A stretch of DNA of 64,000 bases. It comes from Chloroflexota bacterium. GTDB taxonomy: Bacteria > Chloroflexota > UBA6077 > FW602-bin22 > DAOUAE01. The stretch lies in assembly GCA_034433795.1 (NCBI GenBank), contig DAOUAE010000002.1:133939-197938 (forward strand), written 5' to 3'. A model generated the notes under the pieces. The model saw nothing but the letters and a program-made list of their open reading frames with translations. It had not been told where the DNA came from and did not search any database. Of this stretch, positions 37,815 through 46,427 are shown piece by piece; the stretch's first letter is position 1; the number at the start of each line of letters is the position of its first letter. The position numbers and the translations under genes are program-made.

Positions 37815-38821
37815 CCGAACTGCTGGCCTCGGTGATCGTTCCGGCCCACAACGCCCGGGCCACCCTCGGCGCCTGCCTGCAGGCCCTGCTCCGCCAGACG
37901 GTGCCCCCCGAGCGCTACGAGATCATCGTCGTCGACGACGGCTCGACCGACGGCACCGACCGGGTGGCGGCGGCGTTCGGCGTGCAGGTCCTGCGGCAGC
38001 CCCGCAAGGGACCGGCCGCCGCGCGGAACGCCGGCGCCGCCATCGCCCGGGGGACCATCGTCGTCTTCACCGACGCCGACTGCGCCCCCTGTCCCGACTG
38101 GCTCGAACGGATGCTGGCCCCCTTCGCCGACCCGACGGTGGTCGGGGTCAAGGGGGCCTACCGCTCGGCCCAGCGGGCCCTGCTGCCCCGCTTCATCCAG
38201 GCCGAGTACGAGGACAAGTACGACCGGCTGCGCCAGTGCGACCGCATCGCCTTTGTCGACGGCTACGCCGCCGCCTACCGGCGGGCGATCTTTCTGGCCG
38301 AGGGCGGCTTCGACCCCGTCTTCCCCGTCCCCTCGGCCGAGGATATCGAGTTCTCCTTCCGTCTGGCCCGACGCGGCCACCGCCTGGTCTTCGCCCCCGA
38401 GGCCCGGGTCTACCACCAGCACGCCATCGCCCTCCGACACTATCTCCGACGGAAGTTCCGCTATGGCTACTGGCGGCTCCTGGTCTACCGACGCTACCCG
38501 GAGCGGGCCCTGGACGACGGCCACACGCCCACCAGCCTCAAACTCCAGGTCGGCCTGGCCCCGCTGCTGGCCCTCAGCCTTGCCCTCAGCCCGTTCACCC
38601 GCCACGGATGGCGGGTCAGCGGCCTCCTGGGGCTGGCTTTCCTGGCGAGCACCGGACCGTTCGTCCGCAAAACGCACCGGCGCGACCCGGGGGCGGCGCT
38701 CGTGGCCCCCGGGCTGATGTTCCTGCGCGGCCTGGCCCTGGCCGCCGGGCTGGGCGCCGGGCTCCTCCGCCTGGCCGCCGACTGTCTCACCGGCCGGCGG
38801 CCAGAGGAGGCGCCGGGCTAG
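37811..38821 (+). CDS. glycosyltransferase family 2 with C-terminal TM helices (synthase-like D,D,ED,RxxRY/W motifs)
   Basis: VIVPAHNARATL...IIVVDDGSTDGT, FTDADC, SAEDIEFSFRL and RRKFRYGYW, followed by 2-3 C-terminal TM segments. GTGA overlap with the upstream gene. Confidence 0.85.
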   Translation: MTELLASVIVPAHNARATLGACLQALLRQTVPPERYEIIVVDDGSTDGTDRVAAAFGVQVLRQPRKGPAAARNAGAAIARGTIVVFTDADCAPCPDWLERMLAPFADPTVVGVKGAYRSAQRALLPRFIQAEYEDKYDRLRQCDRIAFVDGYAAAYRRAIFLAEGGFDPVFPVPSAEDIEFSFRLARRGHRLVFAPEARVYHQHAIALRHYLRRKFRYGYWRLLVYRRYPERALDDGHTPTSLKLQVGLAPLLALSLALSPFTRHGWRVSGLLGLAFLASTGPFVRKTHRRDPGAALVAPGLMFLRGLALAAGLGAGLLRLAADCLTGRRPEEAPG

Positions 38822-40545
38822 CCACGCCGGCGGCGGGCCAGCCAGGCCAGGAACTCTTCGGGCGGGCGGGTGTTGAGGACCTGGGCGGGTCCCAGCCCGG
38901 CCCGTCGGGCCACGGCGACACCGTAGCGCAGAAGGTCGAAGTCGCCCGGCGCGTGGGCGTCGGTGTTGATGAGAAGCGGGACACCCTGTTCGGCCGCCCG
39001 GCGCGCGCTCCGGTCGTCCAGATCCAGGCGGTTGGGGTTGGCGTTGATCTCCAGCGCCTTGCCGGAGCGGGCGGCGGCCGCGATGACGGCCTCGAGATCG
39101 AGCTCATAGCCCGCGCGCCCGCCGATGATGCGCCCCCGCGGATGGCTGACGGCGTCCACCAGCGGGTGGGCCAGCGCGGCAAGCATGCGGGCGGTGATCC
39201 GCTCCCGCGATTGCTGAAAACCGCTGTGGATCGAGGCGGTGACGAAATCGCACTGGCGCAGGACCTCGTCAGGGTAGTCGAGGGTGCCGTCCGGGCGGAT
39301 CTCCAGCTCGATCCCCCGGAGCAGACGGATCTGAGGGAAGCACGCCTGAAGGTCGGCGAGAGCCGCCCACTGCTCCCGGAGGCGCTCGACCGAGAGGCCC
39401 CGAGCCACGCCCAGCGACTGGGAGTGGTCGGTGATGGCCAGGTAACGGCGACCGCGGGCCACGGCCGCCTGAACCATCGTCTCCAGCGCGGCGGCCCCGT
39501 CGCTCCAATCGGAGTGACAGTGGAGATCGCCCTGGAGGTCGGCGACCTCGACCAGCGCCGGCAGGCGGCCGGCCAGGGCCGCCTCGATCTCCCCCTGATC
39601 CTCCCGGAGCTCGGGCGGGATCCAGGGCAGCCCCAGCGCCGCGTAGATCTCCTCCTCGGTGGCCCCACCCAGCCGCCGGCCGGTCCGGTCGTCGATCAGG
39701 CCCCCGGTCGTCAGGCGATATCCCCGGCGCGCCGCCAGCGCGCACAGGCGGGCATAATGGGCCGCCGAGCCGGTGAAAGCCAGCAGCGCCGCCCCGTACT
39801 GCTCTGGCGGCACGATCCGCAGCGCCACCGGGACCCCGCCCTCGGTCAGGATGCTGGCCCCGCTCTCCGACCGGTCCAGAACCGCCCGGGCAAGCGGCAG
39901 GCTGACGAAGGCCTGGACCACCGCCGCCGGCTCGGCGCTGGCCACCAGGAGCGTGAGATCGCCCACAGTCTCACACCAGCGGCGCAGGCTGCCGACCGGC
40001 GTCACCGCCTGGACCGCCGAACACTCGGCCAGGGCGGCGCTCAGTCTCTCCGCCAGGGGGAGGGCCTCGCCCAGCGGACGACGGTGAGCCAGATCCTGCC
40101 AGTGCTCGAGCGCGCGCCGGAGCTGGGCCTCGAGCTTCGCCCCAAAACCCGGCAGCGTGCGCAGCCGTTGTTCGCGGACCGCGGCCCGCAGCTCCGCCAC
40201 CCCGGCGATCCCGAGGTGGCGGTAGAGCTGCCAGGCCCGTTTGGGCCCCAGGCCGGGGACCCGCAGCAGGTCGCGCAGCCCGGGCGGCACCTGCCGACGC
40301 AGCTCCTCCAGATAGGCGAGCCGTCCGGTGGTCAGGAACTCCTCGATCCGGGCGGCCAGCGAGGGCCCCACCCCGGGGATCGTCCGAATCTGGCCGGCCC
40401 GGTGGATCTCGGCGATATCGGTGGCCAGGGCGGCGATCCGCCGGGCGGCCTCGCGGTAGGCGTTGACCCGAAACGGTGTCTCCCCCTGGATCTCCAAAAG
40501 ATCGGCGATCTCCGCCAGCGCCTGCGCCAGCGCCTGATTCAGCAT
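38818..40545 (-). CDS. polX: DNA polymerase X family protein with C-terminal PHP domain
   Basis: N-terminal HhH (FRVNAYREAARRIA; IPGVGPSLAARI), a Pol beta-like core and the PHP motif DLHCHSDWSDG. 575 aa. Confidence 0.93.
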   Translation of the reverse strand: MLNQALAQALAEIADLLEIQGETPFRVNAYREAARRIAALATDIAEIHRAGQIRTIPGVGPSLAARIEEFLTTGRLAYLEELRRQVPPGLRDLLRVPGLGPKRAWQLYRHLGIAGVAELRAAVREQRLRTLPGFGAKLEAQLRRALEHWQDLAHRRPLGEALPLAERLSAALAECSAVQAVTPVGSLRRWCETVGDLTLLVASAEPAAVVQAFVSLPLARAVLDRSESGASILTEGGVPVALRIVPPEQYGAALLAFTGSAAHYARLCALAARRGYRLTTGGLIDDRTGRRLGGATEEEIYAALGLPWIPPELREDQGEIEAALAGRLPALVEVADLQGDLHCHSDWSDGAAALETMVQAAVARGRRYLAITDHSQSLGVARGLSVERLREQWAALADLQACFPQIRLLRGIELEIRPDGTLDYPDEVLRQCDFVTASIHSGFQQSRERITARMLAALAHPLVDAVSHPRGRIIGGRAGYELDLEAVIAAAARSGKALEINANPNRLDLDDRSARRAAEQGVPLLINTDAHAPGDFDLLRYGVAVARRAGLGPAQVLNTRPPEEFLAWLARRRRG

Positions 40546-40665
40546 CTCCGGCTCCCTGTCCGCTCGAGACTGCGTTCATGGTAGGGAGGACGGCCGGTCG
40601 CGTCAAAGCGACGACTGGCACCCGGCGTGCACCAGGTCCCGGAGTCCGCACCACCGGAGAGGGAG

Positions 40666-41046
40666 ATGACCCGCGAGGAGCTGCGCCGCCACCTGGAACG
40701 CCTCGACTGGGGCCGCGACGGCCTGGACCGCGACGGCATCGTCCGTCAGTGGCCCGATTTTCCGGCCGGTCTCTACCTGCAGCTACCCCCCGACTACCGG
40801 TTCCGCTCGGCCGGCGCGGTCCTGAGCTACCTCGACCACGTCCTGAAGACGCACCGCCCCACGATGGTCTCCACCCTCGAGCCCACCGAGGCCGGCGGCG
40901 GACACGGCGCCAGCGGCAGCGTGCTCCTGCTGCCGCCCCGGCACCACGGGATCGGCGTCGGCACCGACGCCGGCCCGACCGGAAGCTCCGCCCAGACCGG
41001 CGCCGGACGCGAGGGCACGACCTACGGCGGCGAGGAGCACCGCTAG
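40666..41046 (+). CDS. hypothetical protein (126 aa)
   Basis: ATG 40666 follows GGAGAGGGAG. GC3-rich codons over the first ~75 codons, then a Gly/Ser/Thr-rich tail. I recognise no domain. Confidence 0.5.
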   Translation: MTREELRRHLERLDWGRDGLDRDGIVRQWPDFPAGLYLQLPPDYRFRSAGAVLSYLDHVLKTHRPTMVSTLEPTEAGGGHGASGSVLLLPPRHHGIGVGTDAGPTGSSAQTGAGREGTTYGGEEHR

Positions 41047-42014
41047 ACCGTCTCCCAGCGGAAGAGGAAGCCCTCCGCGCTGGCGCGCAGCGTCGCCACC
41101 GCCCCGGCCGGCACGGCGAAGAGGGCGATGGTCCGTCGACCCGGACCGGGGGGCCGGGCGCCGCAGCCGTACAGCCGGAAGGCCAGCCCGCCATCCTCGC
41201 GGAGCCGCAGGAAGCGGGTGCCGGCGGCAATGACCGGCGCCGGATCGTGGAGATGCCCGAAGGCCAGCCCGACCGGGAGCGTGGCCGGCAGCGCCCGGCA
41301 GAACCAGAGCAGGCAATCGGCCGTCGGATTGCGGCCGCTGTAGAAGGGGATCGTGGTCGCCTGGAGCCCGGCCGCCCGGAGGTTGGCCAGATAGCGAGCG
41401 GGCGTCGGGCCACGGAAGGGCGGCTCGTGGGCCAGGATCACCACCCAGGCGGCGCGCTGGGCGCGGCGCGCCCAGCGCCGGACCGCCGCCCGCAGCCGCC
41501 GTCGCCCCGCCTCAGTCAGCCCCGGCAGCGACGGCCAGAGGACGACCAGCCCCGCGCCCAGCCAGCGGGCCTGCGGCCAGGCGAGATAGCGCACCGACGA
41601 CCGCCAGCGGGCGAACCAGGGAGTGGATTCCCAGAGGCGGTCGACGTTGCCGGCCAGGATCCAGGCCCGGCGCAGCCGGCGCCAGAGGGGCAGCACGGCC
41701 AGATAGGCGGCCTCGGTTTCGGCCCGGCGCCGGGCCTGGGCGGCCGGCGTCTCGCCCAGACGGACGGCGAGATAGGCGGAGAGATCGCGCCGTCCGGCCT
41801 GAATCAGCTCCGTAAAGCGCGCCCGCTGGGCCGGCGTGAGCCGTTCCCACCAGTCCGGGCGGGTCTTGAACTCGCGGGTGAGGGCCATCACGGTCGGCGA
41901 ACTGGCGACATCCCCCAGATGTACCCGCAGGTCAGCGGGCAGCCGGCCCAGCGCCCGGATCGGGGCCAGGGGGTCGGGAGCGTCGTGGGTGTCGGCGATC
42001 AGCCCGAGCGTCAT
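41043..42014 (-). CDS. calcineurin-like metallophosphoesterase with helical insertion
   Basis: Motifs GLIADTHD, HLGDV, GNVD, ILAHEPP and GHLH in canonical order. ATG 42014 is preferred because a plus-strand promoter occupies the longer ORF version. Confidence 0.75.
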   Translation of the reverse strand: MTLGLIADTHDAPDPLAPIRALGRLPADLRVHLGDVASSPTVMALTREFKTRPDWWERLTPAQRARFTELIQAGRRDLSAYLAVRLGETPAAQARRRAETEAAYLAVLPLWRRLRRAWILAGNVDRLWESTPWFARWRSSVRYLAWPQARWLGAGLVVLWPSLPGLTEAGRRRLRAAVRRWARRAQRAAWVVILAHEPPFRGPTPARYLANLRAAGLQATTIPFYSGRNPTADCLLWFCRALPATLPVGLAFGHLHDPAPVIAAGTRFLRLREDGGLAFRLYGCGARPPGPGRRTIALFAVPAGAVATLRASAEGFLFRWETV

Positions 42015-42062
42015 CGCCGCCGGGCCCTCGGACCGGCAACCGGCCTCACGGTTGCCGGCCGA

Positions 42063-42091
42063 TTGACGTCTGGAGCGCATGGATGTACAAT
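42063..42091 (+). promoter_or_regulatory. near-consensus promoter TTGACG-17-TACAAT
   Basis: TTGACG at 42063-42068, a 17-nt spacer and TACAAT at 42086-42091, 18 nt upstream of ATG 42110. Confidence 0.6.
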
Positions 42092-42109
42092 CAGGGCAGA
42101 GGGCGAGCC

Positions 42110-42526
42110 ATGGGCCGGCGTTCCCGGTACGAGCGCGAAATCGAAGAGATCCTGCGTCGTCTGGAGCCGCCCCCTCCCCGGCGACCGCTGCGCCAGCGCC
42201 TGTTCTCTGCCCTGGCGACGCTGCGCCAGGCCCTGCGGACCTTCCGCCTCGAGTTCTCGCCCCAGAGCCTGATGCTCCTCAGCCTGGCCCTGGCCATCGG
42301 CACCTACCCCCTCCGCGCGATCTGGCCGCCGCTGGTCCTGCCGGTCACCCTCGCCAGCCTGGGTCTCTTCCTGCTGGCCCTGGTCGCGGCCGCCGGGGCC
42401 CGCCGACGCCCGTTCCGGCCGGGCTGGCGCGGCCGGCCCCTGGACCTGTCCGCCGGCCGCCCCTCGCTCTGGCAGCGCCTGCTCTTCTGGCGCCGGCGGC
42501 ATCACAACCGCTACCCCCGTCTCTAA
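42110..42526 (+). CDS. hypothetical membrane protein (138 aa), Arg-rich N- and C-termini, 2 TM helices
   Basis: Starts at ATG 42110 (MGRRSRYEREIEEILRRLE). Two hydrophobic helices (LMLLSLALAIGTY; LVLPVTLASLGLFLLALVAAA). Strong upstream promoter. Confidence 0.55.
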   Translation: MGRRSRYEREIEEILRRLEPPPPRRPLRQRLFSALATLRQALRTFRLEFSPQSLMLLSLALAIGTYPLRAIWPPLVLPVTLASLGLFLLALVAAAGARRRPFRPGWRGRPLDLSAGRPSLWQRLLFWRRRHHNRYPRL

Positions 42527-42544
42527 CCTGAGCCCGGGGGCCGC

Positions 42545-43654
42545 CTAGCGCCCCACCGGGCTGGGTTCGACCGGCCAGGCCCCCAGCACCTTGACCATGG
42601 TGCACTGCTCCTCCAGTTCGCGCAGCGCCGCCTGGACGTGGGCGTCCTCGGGATGCCCCTCCAGATCGACGAAAAACACATACTCCCAGGGTCGGCGCTT
42701 CGAGGGCCGCGACTCGATCCGGGTCAGGTTGATCCCGTGGCGGGCGAAGACCCCCAGGGCGTCGTGCAGCGCCCCCACCCGGTCGCGGACGGCGAAGATC
42801 ACCGCGCTCCGGTCGTGCCCGCTGGGCGGGCTCCGCCGGGGACCGATCACCAGGAAACGGGTCAGATTGGTGGCCGAGTCCTCGATCCGGGCGGCGATGA
42901 TCGGCAGCCCGTAGACCTCGGCCGCGGCGGCGTTGGCGATGGCCGCGCTCTCCTCGTCGGTCACCAGCTGCGCCGCCCGGGCCGTGCTGGCCACCTCGAT
43001 CAGCTCGGCCTGGGGCAGGTTCTCCTGGAGCCAGCGGCGGCACTGGGCCAGGGCCTGCGGGTTCGAGTAGACCCGCCGGATCTGGTCCAGCCGGCCGCGC
43101 CCGAGCAGGTTGTGGGAGATGGGCAGCAGGATCTCGGCGCAGATCTGGAGATCGGTGTCCAGAAACATATCCAGCGTATGGGCCACCGCCCCCTCAGTCG
43201 AGTTCTCGACCGGCACCACCCCGTAGTCGGCCTCGCCCCGCTGGGTGGCCAGGAAGACGTCGGCGATGGTGCGGCAGGGGATGAACTCGGCGCTGCTGCC
43301 GAAGCGGCGCTTGGCCGCCTCATGGGTGAAGGTGGCCACCGGCCCCAGGTAGGCCACCCGCAGCGGCTGCTGGAGCGCCCGCGAGGCCGAGAGGATTTCG
43401 CTGTAGATCGCCAGCAGCGCCTGGTCCGGCAACGGCCCGCGGTTGGCCGCCAGCACGTTGCGCAGGACCTGGGCCTCCCGCTCCGGGTGATAGACCCGGT
43501 CCTCCCCGTCGGCCTTCAGCCGCCCGATCGCCTGGGCCAATCGGGCCCGCTCGTTCAGAAGAGCCACGAGCTGGCGGTCCAGCTCGTCGATCTGGCGGCG
43601 GTACTCGGCCAGCCGCGCGCTGTAGGCCTCCTCCGTCGCTCGCTCCCCACTCAT
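42545..43654 (-). CDS. pheA: bifunctional chorismate mutase / prephenate dehydratase (P-protein) with ACT domain
   Basis: CM helix IDELDRQLVALLNERARLAQAIGRLK, PDT core (VAYLGPVATFTHEAA ... TRFLVIG) and a C-terminal ACT domain. Confidence 0.92.
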   Translation of the reverse strand: MSGERATEEAYSARLAEYRRQIDELDRQLVALLNERARLAQAIGRLKADGEDRVYHPEREAQVLRNVLAANRGPLPDQALLAIYSEILSASRALQQPLRVAYLGPVATFTHEAAKRRFGSSAEFIPCRTIADVFLATQRGEADYGVVPVENSTEGAVAHTLDMFLDTDLQICAEILLPISHNLLGRGRLDQIRRVYSNPQALAQCRRWLQENLPQAELIEVASTARAAQLVTDEESAAIANAAAAEVYGLPIIAARIEDSATNLTRFLVIGPRRSPPSGHDRSAVIFAVRDRVGALHDALGVFARHGINLTRIESRPSKRRPWEYVFFVDLEGHPEDAHVQAALRELEEQCTMVKVLGAWPVEPSPVGR

Positions 43655-44724
43655 CGTTCGACCCCCACGCCGCTCCGGGTGACCGCCGCCAGGGCCGCTC
43701 GGACGAGCTCGCCCGGCACGTCGCGGGTGACCCGCGTCCGCCCGATGTCCTCCAGCAGCACCCAGCGGACCGCCCCGGCCTGCGACTTTTTATCCAGGGC
43801 GATGGCCCCGAGCACCCGCTCGACCGGAACCGCCGGCGCCTGGAGCGGCAGGCCGAACCGCTCCAGCGCCCGGGCCTGCCGCTCCACCACCGCCGGCGCG
43901 CAGAACCCCAGGCGCTGACTGAGCCAGGCCTCGCCCATCATCCCGATGGCCACCGCCTCCCCGTGCAGGAAGACCGCGTAATCGGTGGCCGCCTCCAGAG
44001 CGTGGCCCAGCGTATGGCCGTAGTTGAGAATGATGCGCCGGCCCTGCTCGCGCTCGTCCTCACCGACGATGGCCAGCTTGTGCTGGACGCAGCGCTCGAT
44101 GACCGGCACCACCGCCGCCATCTCCAGCCCCAGCAACCGGTCGGCCTGCTCCTCGAGGGCCGTCAGAAGGTCCGGGTCGAGGATCATGGCGTATTTCACC
44201 GCCTCGGCCCAGCCCGAGGCCAGCTCGCGTCGCGAGAGACTGCGGAGCGTCTCGGGGTCGATCACCACCACCGCCGCCGGATGGAAGGCCCCGATCAGAT
44301 TCTTGCCCCGCGGGTGGTTGACCCCAACCTTCCCGCCGATGGCGCTGTCGATCTGGCCCAGAAGCGTGGTCGGCACCTGGACCAGCGCCAGGCCCCGCAG
44401 GAAGGTGGCGGCCACGAACCCGGCCAGGTCGCCCACCATCCCTCCGCCCAGGGCCACGATGACATCGCTCCGCTCGGCCCGCCGGTCGATCAGCCAGTCG
44501 TAGAGCCGGGCCGCCTGGGCCAGCGACTTGCTCTGCTCGGCGGCCGGCACGCAGACCGCCGCCGGGTCGTAGCCGGCGGCGGCCAGGCTCCGCTCGACCA
44601 CGGCGCCGTAGAGCGCGTAGACCCGCTCGTCGCTGATGATATGGGCCCGTCCGCCCAGGCCGTGGGCCCGGAAGATCGCCCCCAGGTCAGCCAGCGCGCC
44701 GGGCCGGATCAGCACTCGGCTCAT
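43651..44724 (-). CDS. aroB: 3-dehydroquinate synthase
   Basis: GGGMVGDLAGFVAATFLRGLALVQVPTTLLGQIDSAIGGKVGVN and HTLGHALE motifs. ATGA overlap with pheA. Confidence 0.95.
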   Translation of the reverse strand: MSRVLIRPGALADLGAIFRAHGLGGRAHIISDERVYALYGAVVERSLAAAGYDPAAVCVPAAEQSKSLAQAARLYDWLIDRRAERSDVIVALGGGMVGDLAGFVAATFLRGLALVQVPTTLLGQIDSAIGGKVGVNHPRGKNLIGAFHPAAVVVIDPETLRSLSRRELASGWAEAVKYAMILDPDLLTALEEQADRLLGLEMAAVVPVIERCVQHKLAIVGEDEREQGRRIILNYGHTLGHALEAATDYAVFLHGEAVAIGMMGEAWLSQRLGFCAPAVVERQARALERFGLPLQAPAVPVERVLGAIALDKKSQAGAVRWVLLEDIGRTRVTRDVPGELVRAALAAVTRSGVGVER

Positions 44725-45262
44725 CGCTCTCTCCTGTCGGCGGCCCGACCTGTTTCAGCCAGGCCAGAATCCGTTCGACCACCTGGTCGGGCGTCAGTCC
44801 CTCGGTGTCGATGGTGACATCGGCGATGGCGTAGAAGGGGGCACGCTCGGCCTTCAGTCCGATGATCCGGGCCAGAGGGTCCGGCCCGGCCAGCAGCGGC
44901 CGCACCTCCACCGTGGACTGGGCCGTCAGGCGCGTCAGAATCGTCTCCGGGCGGGCCTCCAGACAGACCACCCGGTTCCCCCGGCGGATCCAGGCCCGGT
45001 TGGCCGGGTCCACGACCGCTCCTCCGCCCAGGGCGATCACCTGACGCCGGCCGGCGCAGAGCCGGGCCACGACCTCGCGCTCGGCCGCCCGGAACACCGC
45101 CTCCCCCTCCTCGCGAAAGATCCGGGCGATACTCTTGCCGAACCGCTCGACGATCACCTGGTCGCTGTCGACGAACGGCCAGCCCAGCCGGTCGGCCAGG
45201 CGCCGGCCGACGGCGCTCTTCCCGGTTCCGGAGAACCCAATCAGAACGACGTTCTCGGCCAT
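44687..45262 (-). CDS. aroK: shikimate kinase
   Basis: P-loop VVLIGFSGTGKSAVGRRLA, then FVDSD and GGGAV motifs. The 3' tail overlaps aroB by 38 nt. Confidence 0.92.
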   Translation of the reverse strand: MAENVVLIGFSGTGKSAVGRRLADRLGWPFVDSDQVIVERFGKSIARIFREEGEAVFRAAEREVVARLCAGRRQVIALGGGAVVDPANRAWIRRGNRVVCLEARPETILTRLTAQSTVEVRPLLAGPDPLARIIGLKAERAPFYAIADVTIDTEGLTPDQVVERILAWLKQVGPPTGESDEPSADPARRAG

Positions 45263-45267
45263 CGGTT

Positions 45268-46302
45268 CTAGGCGGCCATCACCCGGCTGACGGCCCGCAG
45301 CGTGGTCTCGATATCGGCCGCCGTGATCCCGTAGTGGGTCACCATCCGCACCCGGCGCGGCCCGATGGCGCCGCAGAGCACGCCTTCGCTCTTGAGCCGG
45401 GCGGCGAACTCGGCCGCCGTCAGCCGGTCCTCGGCCAGCTCGAAGATCACAATGTTGGTCTGGACGGTGGTGGGATCCAGGATGATCCCCGGGATCTCGG
45501 CCAGGCCGATGGCCAGCCGGCGGGCGTTCTCGTGGTCCTCGGCCAGCCGGTCGATCATCTGCTCCAGGCAGACGATCCCGGCGGCGGCGATGATCCCGGC
45601 CTGGCGCATGCCGCCGCCGACCATCTTGCGGTACTTGCGGGCCCGCTCGATGTAGGCGGCGCTGCCGCAGAGGAGCGACCCGACCGGGCCGCAGAGCCCC
45701 TTGGAGAGGCAGAAGGTCACCGAATCGACGTCGGCCACCAGCTCCTTGACATCGACCCCCAGAGCCACGGCGGCGTTGAAGATGCGGGCGCCGTCCAGAT
45801 GAACCGGGATGCCGTGGCGGTGGGCCAGGGCGCAGAGCTGGCGGGTGTACTCCACCGTCAGCACCGCGCCCCCGCAGCGGTTGTGGGTGTTCTCCAGGCA
45901 GATGAGCCCGGTGCGGGGGAAATGGATGTTGGGGCCGCGGATCGCCGCCTCGACCGCCTCCAGGGGGAGCAGGCCGCGCACGTTGGGCACGGTGCGCATC
46001 TGCACCCCACCCAGGGCCGAGCAGCCCCCCACCTCGTAGAGAAAGATGTGCGACTGGTCGCCGACGATGACCTCGTCGCCGCGCTGGGTGTGACTGAGCA
46101 CGCCCACCAGGTTGCCCATGGTGCCGCTGACCACCAGGAGGGCGCGCTCCTTGCCCAGTTTCTCCGCCGCCATCTCCTCCAGGCGGTTCACGGTCGGGTC
46201 CTCGCCGAAAACATCGTCGCCCAGTTCCGCCCGGTACATCGCCTCGCGCATGGCGGGCGTGGGCTGGGTCACCGTGTCGCTGCGCAGGTCGATCAACGGC
46301 AT
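45268..46302 (-). CDS. ltaE: low-specificity L-threonine aldolase (PLP-dependent)
   Basis: ATG 46302 follows GGAGGAACCC. IDLRSDTVTQPTPAMREAM...GDDVFGEDPT and the PLP-lysine region TFCLSKGL. The 441-aa ORF-track version is over-extended. Confidence 0.9.
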   Translation of the reverse strand: MPLIDLRSDTVTQPTPAMREAMYRAELGDDVFGEDPTVNRLEEMAAEKLGKERALLVVSGTMGNLVGVLSHTQRGDEVIVGDQSHIFLYEVGGCSALGGVQMRTVPNVRGLLPLEAVEAAIRGPNIHFPRTGLICLENTHNRCGGAVLTVEYTRQLCALAHRHGIPVHLDGARIFNAAVALGVDVKELVADVDSVTFCLSKGLCGPVGSLLCGSAAYIERARKYRKMVGGGMRQAGIIAAAGIVCLEQMIDRLAEDHENARRLAIGLAEIPGIILDPTTVQTNIVIFELAEDRLTAAEFAARLKSEGVLCGAIGPRRVRMVTHYGITAADIETTLRAVSRVMAA

Positions 46303-46347
46303 TGGGTTCCTCCGGCCGATCCCCTCATGCTGGCCAGACCGCTTGCC

Positions 46348-46353
46348 ATTATA
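46348..46353 (-). promoter_or_regulatory. -10 box TATAAT (minus strand) for the ltaE-aroK-aroB-pheA operon
   Basis: The reverse complement of ATTATA at 46348-46353 is TATAAT, about 45 nt upstream of ltaE ATG 46302. Confidence 0.4.
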
Positions 46354-46389
46354 CCGCACCGGGAGCACTCCGCAAAAGACACCCGCCGG

Positions 46390-46398
46390 TGCTACAAT
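46390..46398 (+). promoter_or_regulatory. extended -10 element TGCTACAAT for htrA
   Basis: TGCTACAAT at 46390-46398, about 30 nt upstream of ATG 46428, with AGGAGA at 46414-46419. Confidence 0.5.
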
Positions 46399-46427
46399 TA
46401 GGCCAGTACAGACCAGGAGAGCCCTTG

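Noticed and set aside
38236-40584. 782-aa plus-strand ORF opposite polX
   Set aside because: A shadow ORF. polX on the minus strand has HhH, Pol beta and PHP motifs, whereas the plus-frame product is low-complexity Arg/Pro/Gly.
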